A DNA stretch of 64,000 nt from Candidatus Polarisedimenticolia bacterium (GTDB taxonomy: Bacteria; Acidobacteriota; Polarisedimenticolia; Gp22-AA2): positions 92,554 through 156,553 of the forward strand of contig DASYUH010000013.1 in assembly GCA_036001465.1 (NCBI GenBank), given 5' to 3'. Below are positions 19,297 to 27,470 of the stretch, piece after piece (the first letter of the stretch is position 1; each line of letters opens with the position of its first letter). The position numbers and the translations under genes were made by a program. The notes beneath the pieces were generated by a model, which did no database searches, was not told the origin of the DNA, and worked only from the letters and a program-made list of their open reading frames with translations.

Positions 19297-20469
19297 ATGA
19301 AGCGCCCTTACCAGGCTCTCGACTTCTTCGCGGTGGACGCCCTCCTGAGCGACGAGGAGCTCATGGTCCGCGATACCGCGCGGGCGTTCGTCACCGACAG
19401 GGTGCTCCCCATCATCGAGGCGCACTTCCGCGACGGCACGTTCCCGTCCGAGCTCGTGCCTGAGATGGCGTCGATGGGCCTGCTCGGCGCCAACCTCGAA
19501 GGGTACGGCTGCGCCGGGCTCAACAGCGTCGCCTACGGCCTGATCATGCAGGAGCTGGAGCGCGGCGACAGCGGGATCCGGTCGTTCGTCTCGGTGCAGG
19601 GCGCGCTGTGCATGTATCCGATCCACGCGTTCGGCTCGCCCGAGCAGAAGGAGCGCTGGATCCCGGCCATGGCGAAGGGAAAGGCCGTCGGCTGCTTCGG
19701 CCTGACCGAGCCGGACGCCGGCAGCGACCCGGCGAGCCTCCGGACGCGGGCGGCCAGGAAGGGCGGGCGCTACGTTCTCAACGGCGCGAAGGCCTGGATC
19801 ACCAACGGATCGATCGCCGATGTCGCGGTGGTCTGGGCCCGTTGCGAGGACGGCGTGATCCGCGGCTTCCTGGTGGAGCGCGGAACCGCGGGTTTCTCCG
19901 CCCGGGATCACGGGGGCAAGTTCTCGCTGCGGGCGTCGGTCACCTCCGAGCTCATCCTTCAGGATTGCGAGGTTCCGGCCGCGGCGCTGCTTCCGGGGAC
20001 CGGGGGATTGAGATCACCGCTGATGTGCCTCAGCCAGGCGCGGTATGGCATTGCGTGGGGCGGCATCGGTTCGGCGCAGGCCGTGTTCGATGAGGCCCTG
20101 GGCTACGCAAAAGCCCGCATCGCCTTCGGCAAGCCGATCGCCGCGTTTCAGATCCAGCAGGAGAAGCTCGTCTGGATGGCCAGCGAGATCACCAAGGCGC
20201 AGATCCTGGCCCTGCGCCTGGGACGGCTCAAGGATGAAGGCAAGGCGACCCCGGCGCAGATCTCCATGGGCAAGCGGAACAACATCTGGGTGGCGCGGGA
20301 GTGCGCCCGACTGGCCCGGGAGATCCTGGGCGCCAACGGGATCACCGATGAATACCAGGTGGGGCGCCACCTGTGCAACATCGAGTCGGTCTACACTTAC
20401 GAGGGAACGCACGACATTCATACCCTCATCCTGGGCGAGGCCCTGACGGGACTCTCCGCGTTTTCCTGA
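19297..20469 (+). CDS. Acyl-CoA dehydrogenase, glutaryl-CoA dehydrogenase-like
   Basis: 390 aa. CFGLTEPDAGSD, YVLNGAKAWITNG, and C-terminal YTYEGTHDIHTLILGEALTG typical of the GCDH subfamily. 7 nt after the thiolase stop. Confidence 0.85.
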   Translation: MKRPYQALDFFAVDALLSDEELMVRDTARAFVTDRVLPIIEAHFRDGTFPSELVPEMASMGLLGANLEGYGCAGLNSVAYGLIMQELERGDSGIRSFVSVQGALCMYPIHAFGSPEQKERWIPAMAKGKAVGCFGLTEPDAGSDPASLRTRAARKGGRYVLNGAKAWITNGSIADVAVVWARCEDGVIRGFLVERGTAGFSARDHGGKFSLRASVTSELILQDCEVPAAALLPGTGGLRSPLMCLSQARYGIAWGGIGSAQAVFDEALGYAKARIAFGKPIAAFQIQQEKLVWMASEITKAQILALRLGRLKDEGKATPAQISMGKRNNIWVARECARLAREILGANGITDEYQVGRHLCNIESVYTYEGTHDIHTLILGEALTGLSAFS

Positions 20470-20514
20470 GGAAGGCCGAGTGCCGACCATGCCACCTTCC
20501 CCTTCAGGCCCGAC

Positions 20515-21654
20515 ATGGTGAACCCGGCCCCGAGCGCCGTTCCGGGAATGAACCCGCCGTCCGAGCGGGCGTCTCCGGACTCGCTCCCGCGCCTCTGCTT
20601 CATCGGGCCCCTGATGGCGGAGCGTCATTCCGGGTACGTGGTGACCCAGGGCGTGGTCCTGTCGGGTCGCTTCCGAAGCGCCGGCTACCCGGTTGTGACC
20701 GCCTCGGCGTCCCCCAACCGGTATCTCCGGCTCCTCGACGTCGCCCGCACGATCGTCCAGCGCCGAGGGGCCATCGACATCCTGATCGTCCATGTTTACA
20801 GCGGCCCGAGCTTCGTCGTGGAGGACGTCGCAAGCTGGCTCGGCCGGCGCTTCGGCCTGCGGATCATCCTGCTGCTCCACGGGGGCGCCATGCCGGAGTT
20901 CATGGCGAAATTTCCGGACTGGACGCGCCGGGTCCTCGGCCGCGCCGACGCCATCGTCGCCCCCTCCCCGTTTCTCGCCCGATCCGCGGCCGCGCACGGC
21001 TTCGAGTGCCAGGTCATCCCGAACCTCATCGACTTGAATCGCTACCCCCATCGACGGCGCGGCACGCTCGAGCCCCGCCTCTTCTGGATGCGCTCCTTCC
21101 ACCCCGTGTACAACCCTATCCTGGCGGTCCGCGTGCTGGAACGCCTGCGGGCCACGCATCCGCGCGCCACTCTGGTCATGGGGGGACCGGACAAGGGGAT
21201 GCAGTCCGAGGTCCAGGCGCTCGCGCGGCGAATCGGTCTGGGGGACGCGGTGCGGTTTCCGGGCTTCCTGGACATGGCGGGCAAGGCGCGGGAGGGCCAG
21301 GCGGCCGATGTTTTCATCAACACGAGCCGCGTCGACAACATGCCCGTGTGCGTCGTCGAGGCCGCCGCCATGGGGATCCCCGTGGTGAGCACGGCCGTGG
21401 GAGGCGTCACGGACCTGGTGCAGGACGGGGAGACGGCGCTGCTCGTCCCCGACGACGACGTCGAGGCGATGGCGGGGTCGATCCAGCGCCTGCTGCGCGA
21501 TCCGGATCTGGCCGGCCGGCTGTCCGAGAAGGGTCGCAGGCTCGCCGAGCGATCCGCCTGGGAGCAGGTCCATCCCCTCTGGGAGGCGCTTTTCGCCCGC
21601 CTGCAGTCCCACCCCTCTCCCACCCCGCGCCGAGGCACCGATGTGCGGCATTAG
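20515..21654 (+). CDS. Glycosyltransferase family 4 (GT-B, retaining)
   Basis: N-terminal domain RLCFIGP. C-terminal domain VRFPGFLD...ADVFINTSRVDNMPVCVVEAAAMGIPVVST (E-x7-E-like). 45 nt after the dehydrogenase. 3' end overlaps the next AsnB paralog by 14 nt. Confidence 0.8.
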   Translation: MVNPAPSAVPGMNPPSERASPDSLPRLCFIGPLMAERHSGYVVTQGVVLSGRFRSAGYPVVTASASPNRYLRLLDVARTIVQRRGAIDILIVHVYSGPSFVVEDVASWLGRRFGLRIILLLHGGAMPEFMAKFPDWTRRVLGRADAIVAPSPFLARSAAAHGFECQVIPNLIDLNRYPHRRRGTLEPRLFWMRSFHPVYNPILAVRVLERLRATHPRATLVMGGPDKGMQSEVQALARRIGLGDAVRFPGFLDMAGKAREGQAADVFINTSRVDNMPVCVVEAAAMGIPVVSTAVGGVTDLVQDGETALLVPDDDVEAMAGSIQRLLRDPDLAGRLSEKGRRLAERSAWEQVHPLWEALFARLQSHPSPTPRRGTDVRH

Positions 21655-23482
21655 CGGCGTCGGCGGGTCGCGCGCGGTCGCCGAGATGGAACTCGTCGCG
21701 ATGCGCGATTCCCTGGCCCACCGCGGACCGGACGATGCCGCCCATGTCATGTCGCCCGGGGTGGCCCTGGCATCCCGGCGGCTCGCGATTCTCGATCTCT
21801 CGAGCCGCGGACGGATGCCGATGTCCACGCCGGACGGCCGGTACTGCATCACGTACAACGGCGCGGTCTACAACTTCCGGGAGCTGCGCTCCTTTCTGGA
21901 GGGGCGCGGCCATACGTTCCGGACCCAGACCGACACCGAAGTGATCCTCCAGCTGTATGCGGAGGAGGGCCCCGCCATGCTGGGGCGGCTGAACGGCATG
22001 TTCGCCCTGGCCATCTGGGATGCCCGCGAGCGTTCGCTGTTCCTCGCCCGTGATCGGCTGGGCGTGAAGCCCCTCTTCTACGCGGAGCACGACGGGCGGC
22101 TGTACTTTGCCTCCGAGCAGAAGGCGCTGTTCGCCGCCGGCGTTCCGATCCGTTTCGACCCCGCTGCATGGGAGGAGCTCCTGTGCTTCCGCTACGTCAG
22201 CGGCACGAAGACCCCCTACTCCGGGGTCGAGAAACTCCTCCCCGGCCATTACATGATCTGGAAGGACGGGCACACCGCGATTCATCGCTGGTGGATCCTC
22301 GCCGATCGCGCCCGCTCTCTCAGGGATTCCCTCCCCGCCGACCCCGTCCGCTGGTACCGAGAGACCCTCGACAGCGCCGTGGACCTGCGATGCATCAGCG
22401 ATGTTCCGGTCGGCGTCCTCTTGAGCGGCGGACTGGACTCTTCGAGCATCGCCTCATCTCTGGCGCAGCACGAGCGCTCGGGCCTCGCCAGCTTCACCGT
22501 CCGCTTCTCGGAATCAGGATACGACGAGGGACCCCTGGCGCGAGAGGTCGCGTCGCGCTTCGGGCTGGAGTACAACGAGACGACGGTCGGCACCGACCTC
22601 CTGGTCGACAGGATCCTGGAGGCTTCCCATCTCAACGACGAGCCCCTGGCGCACGACAGCGACCTGCACCTCCTCGCCATCTCGAGGTATGCCAGGCCGC
22701 GGGTCACGGTGCTGCTCTCAGGGGAAGGAGCGGATGAGACGCTCGGCGGCTACGTCCGCTACCGGCCGCTTCGCAGCCCCCAGCTGCTGGCGGTCGCGCG
22801 GCCCGTCTATCCCGCCGCCGCCATGCTGTTCGGGGCGGGCGGGAGGCTGCGCAAGCTCGCGCGCTTCCTCGACCTGGGGGGGCTGCGCTCGTACATCCTG
22901 TACAACGCCTGCAATGTCCTGCCGTGCGACCTGCGCGCGCTGGGGATGACGCCGACCTGCGACTTTCCCTACCGTCAGGCCGTTCTCGAGGAGGCGGAGA
23001 CTCTCTACCCCACGGAACCGGTCCGGCAGGCGATGTACGCCGACCAGCACACGTTCCTCTGCTCGGTCCTCGATCGAAACGATCGGATGACCATGGGAGC
23101 CTCGATCGAGTGTCGCGTCCCCTTTCTCGACTACCGCCTCGTGGAAGCCCTCGCGGCCATGCCATCCTCCGTTCTGGGCCCGGGGCGGCGCGGCAAGCCC
23201 CTCCTGCAGCGCTCCATGAGCGACCGGCTGCCTCCCGCCGTTCGTCACAACAGGAAATGGGGCTTCGGGGTACCCTGGGGCTCCTACCTGAGAGACTGTC
23301 CACCGCTGCGCGGCCTGGTCCAGGATCTTCCGGACCTCGAGCCGATCCGGAGCGGACCGCTCGATCGCGGCCGGCTGGCGACGGCGATCCGGGAGTTCCT
23401 CGCCGGGGACGAGGCCCACGTGGCGCTGGTGCGGCAACTCGTGATGATCGCGGCCTGGCACCGTGCGTGCGTCAAGTCCTGA
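21641..23482 (+). CDS. Asparagine-synthase-family glutamine amidotransferase, paralog 2
   Basis: 613 aa. MCGISG start, RGPDD, RLAILDL, GAVYNF, PP-loop SGGLDSS. Confidence 0.85.
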   Translation: MCGISGVGGSRAVAEMELVAMRDSLAHRGPDDAAHVMSPGVALASRRLAILDLSSRGRMPMSTPDGRYCITYNGAVYNFRELRSFLEGRGHTFRTQTDTEVILQLYAEEGPAMLGRLNGMFALAIWDARERSLFLARDRLGVKPLFYAEHDGRLYFASEQKALFAAGVPIRFDPAAWEELLCFRYVSGTKTPYSGVEKLLPGHYMIWKDGHTAIHRWWILADRARSLRDSLPADPVRWYRETLDSAVDLRCISDVPVGVLLSGGLDSSSIASSLAQHERSGLASFTVRFSESGYDEGPLAREVASRFGLEYNETTVGTDLLVDRILEASHLNDEPLAHDSDLHLLAISRYARPRVTVLLSGEGADETLGGYVRYRPLRSPQLLAVARPVYPAAAMLFGAGGRLRKLARFLDLGGLRSYILYNACNVLPCDLRALGMTPTCDFPYRQAVLEEAETLYPTEPVRQAMYADQHTFLCSVLDRNDRMTMGASIECRVPFLDYRLVEALAAMPSSVLGPGRRGKPLLQRSMSDRLPPAVRHNRKWGFGVPWGSYLRDCPPLRGLVQDLPDLEPIRSGPLDRGRLATAIREFLAGDEAHVALVRQLVMIAAWHRACVKS

Positions 23483-23490
23483 CCCAAGGC

Positions 23491-25419
23491 CTACCACCCG
23501 AGCTTCCGGTCCCGCAGCCAGAGCTCCAGGGCGAGGAGCATGAGCACCCTCTGGTAGAGCCCGCCCCGGCTGATCGTGCCCACCCTGCGCCCCGCTCCCG
23601 CCGCGCGAAACCACTCCAGCCAGCGGTCCACCAGAGCGCCGCTCAGGAACCCCCGGATCCGCGCGCCGCCCGACCGGAGCAGATCGTCGAGCATGGCGTG
23701 GAACGCGGGACCGACCATGCGATCGAGAGGGATGGAGAAGCCCTGCTTCCGGTGCTCCGCCACCTTCCGGGGAAGCCAGCGCCTGGCCAGGGCGCGAAGC
23801 ACGAGTTTGCCCTCGCGCCCGTCCGTCTTCAGTCGATGCGGGAGCCGGAGCCCGCAGCGGACGACCTCCTCATCCAGCATCGGCACCCGCACCTCGATGC
23901 TGGCGCGCATGCTCATCATGTCGACCTTGCGCAACATGTCCCCCGGGAGGCTCGCGGCGAAGATGGCCTCCGTCAGCCGCCGCGACAGGGGCTCGAGGTC
24001 CATGACCCCGGCCGGATCGTACGGTCCGAACATGCGGTCGACCGGCAAGAGCCCCGCCCGCGCGTCGGGCAGGACCAGCTCCTCCTTCTGGGATTCGCTC
24101 AGATAGCTGTAGAACCTTGCGAACAGACGGGCGGTGCTCTCCCCTCCCGTCCCGGCCAGCCGGACGATCTTGGCGGCCTGCCTTCCCAGATCGGCCGTCC
24201 ACGGCTCGAGAAGGTCCCCTCCCCGTGCCAGGAGTTCGCGGAGCGGACCCGGAAGGCGGCTCAGCCGGTGGAGGAGATTGAGCCGCCAGAAGGATGCATA
24301 CCCCCCGAAGCCCTCGTCGCCCCCGTCGCCGGACACCGTGCAGATGATCCCGTTGTCACGGATTGCGCGGCTCACGGCGTAGGTGGGCAGGAGGCTGGAG
24401 TCGGCAAACGGCTGATCGAAGTGCCGCAGCAGGTCGTTCACTGAATCGGGAGCGAGCACGCGGTCGTCCACCTCGATCGAGCGATGCCGGGTTCCGTAGT
24501 GGCTCGCCACGGCGAGCGCCATCTCGGTCTCGTCGTACCCGGATTCCGGAAAGCGGACGTTGAACGTCGAGGGGGTCCCGGAGGTCGTCCGGCAGAGCGC
24601 GGCCACCACCAGGGACGAGTCGATGCCGCCGCTCAGGAGCGCGGCCACGGGCACATCGGCGCGCGATTGCTCCGCCGCGGCGCGCAGGAGAGCCGCCTCT
24701 GCGGCGTCGACCGCCTCCTCCAGGGTCAGGCCGTCCTCCGGCTCGGGATGGACGGTATGGAATCTCTTCGGGATCCGCCCCTTGCAGTCGACGAGGAGAG
24801 TGGTGCCGGTGGGCAGCATCTCGATCCCGAGGAAGCCGGTCGCCGGCTCCGGCACGTATCCGAGCGCCAGGAAGTCGTAGCAGGCCTGGCGATCCACGCC
24901 CGCCTCGATCACCGCCGACGTGAGGATCGCCTTGATCTCGCTGGCGAAGACGAGATGGTCGCCCCGCACCGCGTAGTAGAGCGGCTTGATGCCGAAGCGA
25001 TCGCGCCCCAGAAGGAGCGACCGCCTGTTCCGGTCGTAGATGGCGAAGGCGAACATGCCCCGCAGCCGCCCGGCGAGGGCGGCGCCTTCCTCCTCGTACA
25101 GATGGGCGAGGACTTCGGTATCCGAGGTCCCTCGAAACCTGTGACCCCGTTGCTGCAGCTCCCGCCGGAGCTCGGGATGGTTGTAGATCTCCCCGTTGAA
25201 CACCACCTGGACGCTGCCATCCTCGTTGGGCATGGGCTGATTGCCGGTCGGCGTCAGATCGATGATGGCCAGGCGCCGAAACACGAGCTCGCAGGTGCCG
25301 TCGTGGAAGTGCCCGCCTCCGTCGGGTCCGCGGTGCTGCAGGAGAGCGTCGGCATGGACCCGCCAGGCGGGATCGGGAGGCAGTTGGTTCGGGTGAAAAC
25401 GGCCGGCAATCCCGCACAT
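23491..25419 (-). CDS. Asparagine-synthase-family glutamine amidotransferase, paralog 3
   Basis: Start trimmed to the ATG at 25419 so the product begins MCGIAG (the ORF track begins 17 codons earlier). RGPDG, RLAIIDL, GEIYNH, PP-loop SGGIDSS. Convergent with paralog 2, 8 nt apart. Confidence 0.85.
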   Translation of the reverse strand: MCGIAGRFHPNQLPPDPAWRVHADALLQHRGPDGGGHFHDGTCELVFRRLAIIDLTPTGNQPMPNEDGSVQVVFNGEIYNHPELRRELQQRGHRFRGTSDTEVLAHLYEEEGAALAGRLRGMFAFAIYDRNRRSLLLGRDRFGIKPLYYAVRGDHLVFASEIKAILTSAVIEAGVDRQACYDFLALGYVPEPATGFLGIEMLPTGTTLLVDCKGRIPKRFHTVHPEPEDGLTLEEAVDAAEAALLRAAAEQSRADVPVAALLSGGIDSSLVVAALCRTTSGTPSTFNVRFPESGYDETEMALAVASHYGTRHRSIEVDDRVLAPDSVNDLLRHFDQPFADSSLLPTYAVSRAIRDNGIICTVSGDGGDEGFGGYASFWRLNLLHRLSRLPGPLRELLARGGDLLEPWTADLGRQAAKIVRLAGTGGESTARLFARFYSYLSESQKEELVLPDARAGLLPVDRMFGPYDPAGVMDLEPLSRRLTEAIFAASLPGDMLRKVDMMSMRASIEVRVPMLDEEVVRCGLRLPHRLKTDGREGKLVLRALARRWLPRKVAEHRKQGFSIPLDRMVGPAFHAMLDDLLRSGGARIRGFLSGALVDRWLEWFRAAGAGRRVGTISRGGLYQRVLMLLALELWLRDRKLGW

Positions 25420-25674
25420 GGGTTGCGGCACAGTACGCCATGGTGCATCCAAATGCAATGGCGAATGCACGACGACCGTATGGATTTGGCGGTGCGCCAG
25501 GCACCGTAATCCGCGGGTCTAGCGCCCTGCGCTCCGCCCTCACGGTCTCGGCGGTGCGCGTTCTCAACATGCTGCTGTATCTCGTGTTCGCTCTCGGTGA
25601 CTTACTTCGGGACGAGCGTGCAGCGCGCGAGCATTTTATTGAGACACCTCGATCGGCACCCTTGAAATTCGGCT

Positions 25675-26355
25675 TTGAATGCTGACGTGACCAGGTCTGG
25701 AGGTGGCGATGAAGGCGACGAAGAAGGGCGCTTCCATGCAATGCGGAAAGATGCGCTCCGCCTGCTGTTCATGCGGCACGGGGCGCCTTTGGTGCTGAAG
25801 TCGGACAACGGCGCGTGCTTCACCTCGGCGGATGTCCGCTCTCCATGCGAACAGAACGGTGTGCTACAGTTGTTCACCGGAGGGCACCTCCGCCCACAAC
25901 GTCAGCGTCGAGGCCGGCATTGGGTCACTTCAGACACGCGCGCACTATGAATCAGCCCGGCACGGACGTCTTCTGGAATGGACCTGAGATGACTGGAGGC
26001 GATGCGCCTAAGCTACAAAACAGCCCATCCTCAGAGGCGCTTCGGCCCGACCCCGGAGCAGGCTTGGGCGTCGCACCCCGCTATCACCGCCGCCCAGCGT
26101 CATTGGTTCAGGGCCAGCCGTGTGCATCACGCCGAGCGCGAACGCGCCGACCGGAGCATCCCTCCCGGCCTCCAGTTCGGCCATCGGGCGCGGGCATTGA
26201 TCAACCGTTTCGTCGACAGGAAACAGCTGCGGCTCCGCTACGAGGCCTACTGTCGGCAACCGGCGCACAAAAGTTCCCTCTCCTTCAAATTCCGCGGACT
26301 GGCGCTGGAGATCTGGGCGCGACGATTCGAGTCTTGTCTGCGGCTCGGCGGATGA
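25675..26355 (+). pseudogene. Decayed DDE transposase/integrase-core (rve) remnant
   Basis: The frame at 25675-25950 encodes PLVLKSDNGACFTS...CEQNGV, which resembles the rve-core second-Asp region (hSDNGsqFts). The following frames carry possible C-terminal remnants. Multiple frame breaks. GC is visibly lower than the flanks. Confidence 0.35.
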
Positions 26356-26386
26356 AAGAACGTTCGCGGGACGGGCATCCGTTACG

Positions 26387-27313
26387 ATGAAGTGGACCAC
26401 GAAAGCGCTCATCCAGCGAACGCTCTCACGGACCCCGGCCGGAGGGACCGTGTACTTTTGGGGGCAGAAATGGTTCGGCGGCTACCGGCACTTCACGATC
26501 GACCAGAAGGTTCAGCAGGGAATGGTCCTTGCGGAAAGCCTGTTCCAGTCAGGCCAGACCTTTTCAGGTCGCCGAACCGTCGAGATCGGTTGTGGCTGGA
26601 CGCCGGTGGTGCCGCTGCTCTTCTGGATGTACGGACAGGAGGAGTGTCACACTTACGATGTATCCCGGTTGCTCCGGCGCTCACTGATGCTTGAAACAGT
26701 CCGGCAGATCGGGGAGTTTCACGGACTGGATCGCGATCTGCCGGACGGGGAACACCGGGAACGGCTTCGGAAGCGCGCTGCGATTCTGGCCGACCTGGCG
26801 CGGTTACGGGCCGCCACAGGGGACATCCTGGCACGCTGCAGCATCGTCTACCACGCGCCGCACGACGCGTCGGCCACGGGTCTGGCGAACGGCTCGATCG
26901 ATGTCGTGTACTCAAACACCGTTCTCGAGCACATCCCCGAGGAAGCTCTCGCCGGCCTGTTTGCCGAGGCGCATCGGGTCCTCCGTCCCGGAGGTCACAT
27001 GCTTCACCTCATCGACCTGAGCGATCATTTCTCGCATGGTGATCCCACCATCTCGTCCATCAACTTCCTGCGCTTCTCGGAAGCGTCCTTCTCGAAATAC
27101 AACACGACATTTCTCTATCAGAACCGCCTGCGCTCCCATCAGTGGCGGCGGATCTTCGAAGACTCGGGGTTCGAGATCCGGGTCTGGCAGGAGATTCGTG
27201 ACGCCGGGATCCGCTCTTTGTTGCCCCGGTTTCCGCTCGATCGGGCGTTTGCCCATTTGAGCGAGGAAGAGCTATGCATCGGCTCCATTCGCGTGGTCGC
27301 GACCCGGGCGTGA
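26387..27313 (+). CDS. Class I SAM-dependent methyltransferase
   Basis: 308 aa. Motif I VEIGCGWTP. Motif post-I/II IDVVYSNTVLEHIPEE. LRPGGHMLHL. ATG at 26387. Confidence 0.7.
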   Translation: MKWTTKALIQRTLSRTPAGGTVYFWGQKWFGGYRHFTIDQKVQQGMVLAESLFQSGQTFSGRRTVEIGCGWTPVVPLLFWMYGQEECHTYDVSRLLRRSLMLETVRQIGEFHGLDRDLPDGEHRERLRKRAAILADLARLRAATGDILARCSIVYHAPHDASATGLANGSIDVVYSNTVLEHIPEEALAGLFAEAHRVLRPGGHMLHLIDLSDHFSHGDPTISSINFLRFSEASFSKYNTTFLYQNRLRSHQWRRIFEDSGFEIRVWQEIRDAGIRSLLPRFPLDRAFAHLSEEELCIGSIRVVATRA

Positions 27314-27470
27314 TGCCCGCATCATCGAGCCCTGGCAGGCGGCCTGAAGAGGCGGCCGCACGCGGGACACTGGAATGGGGAATGGTGGTGATCCCGGGGC
27401 CGGACCTGCGGAGACGGTAGAATAGGCGCAGGCCAGGGCTTTCGGTGCGTTGGGAGAGCGGGAACAGGCG

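Noticed and set aside
20014-21858. 614-aa minus-strand ORF
   Set aside because: Antisense to the acyl-CoA dehydrogenase and GT4 genes, which have clear motifs. R/G/P-rich.
22718-24444. Several long ORFs (22718-23614 minus, 22924-24444 plus, 24484-25509 plus)
   Set aside because: Alternative frames or antisense of AsnB-like paralogs 2 and 3. No motifs. High-GC frame artefacts.
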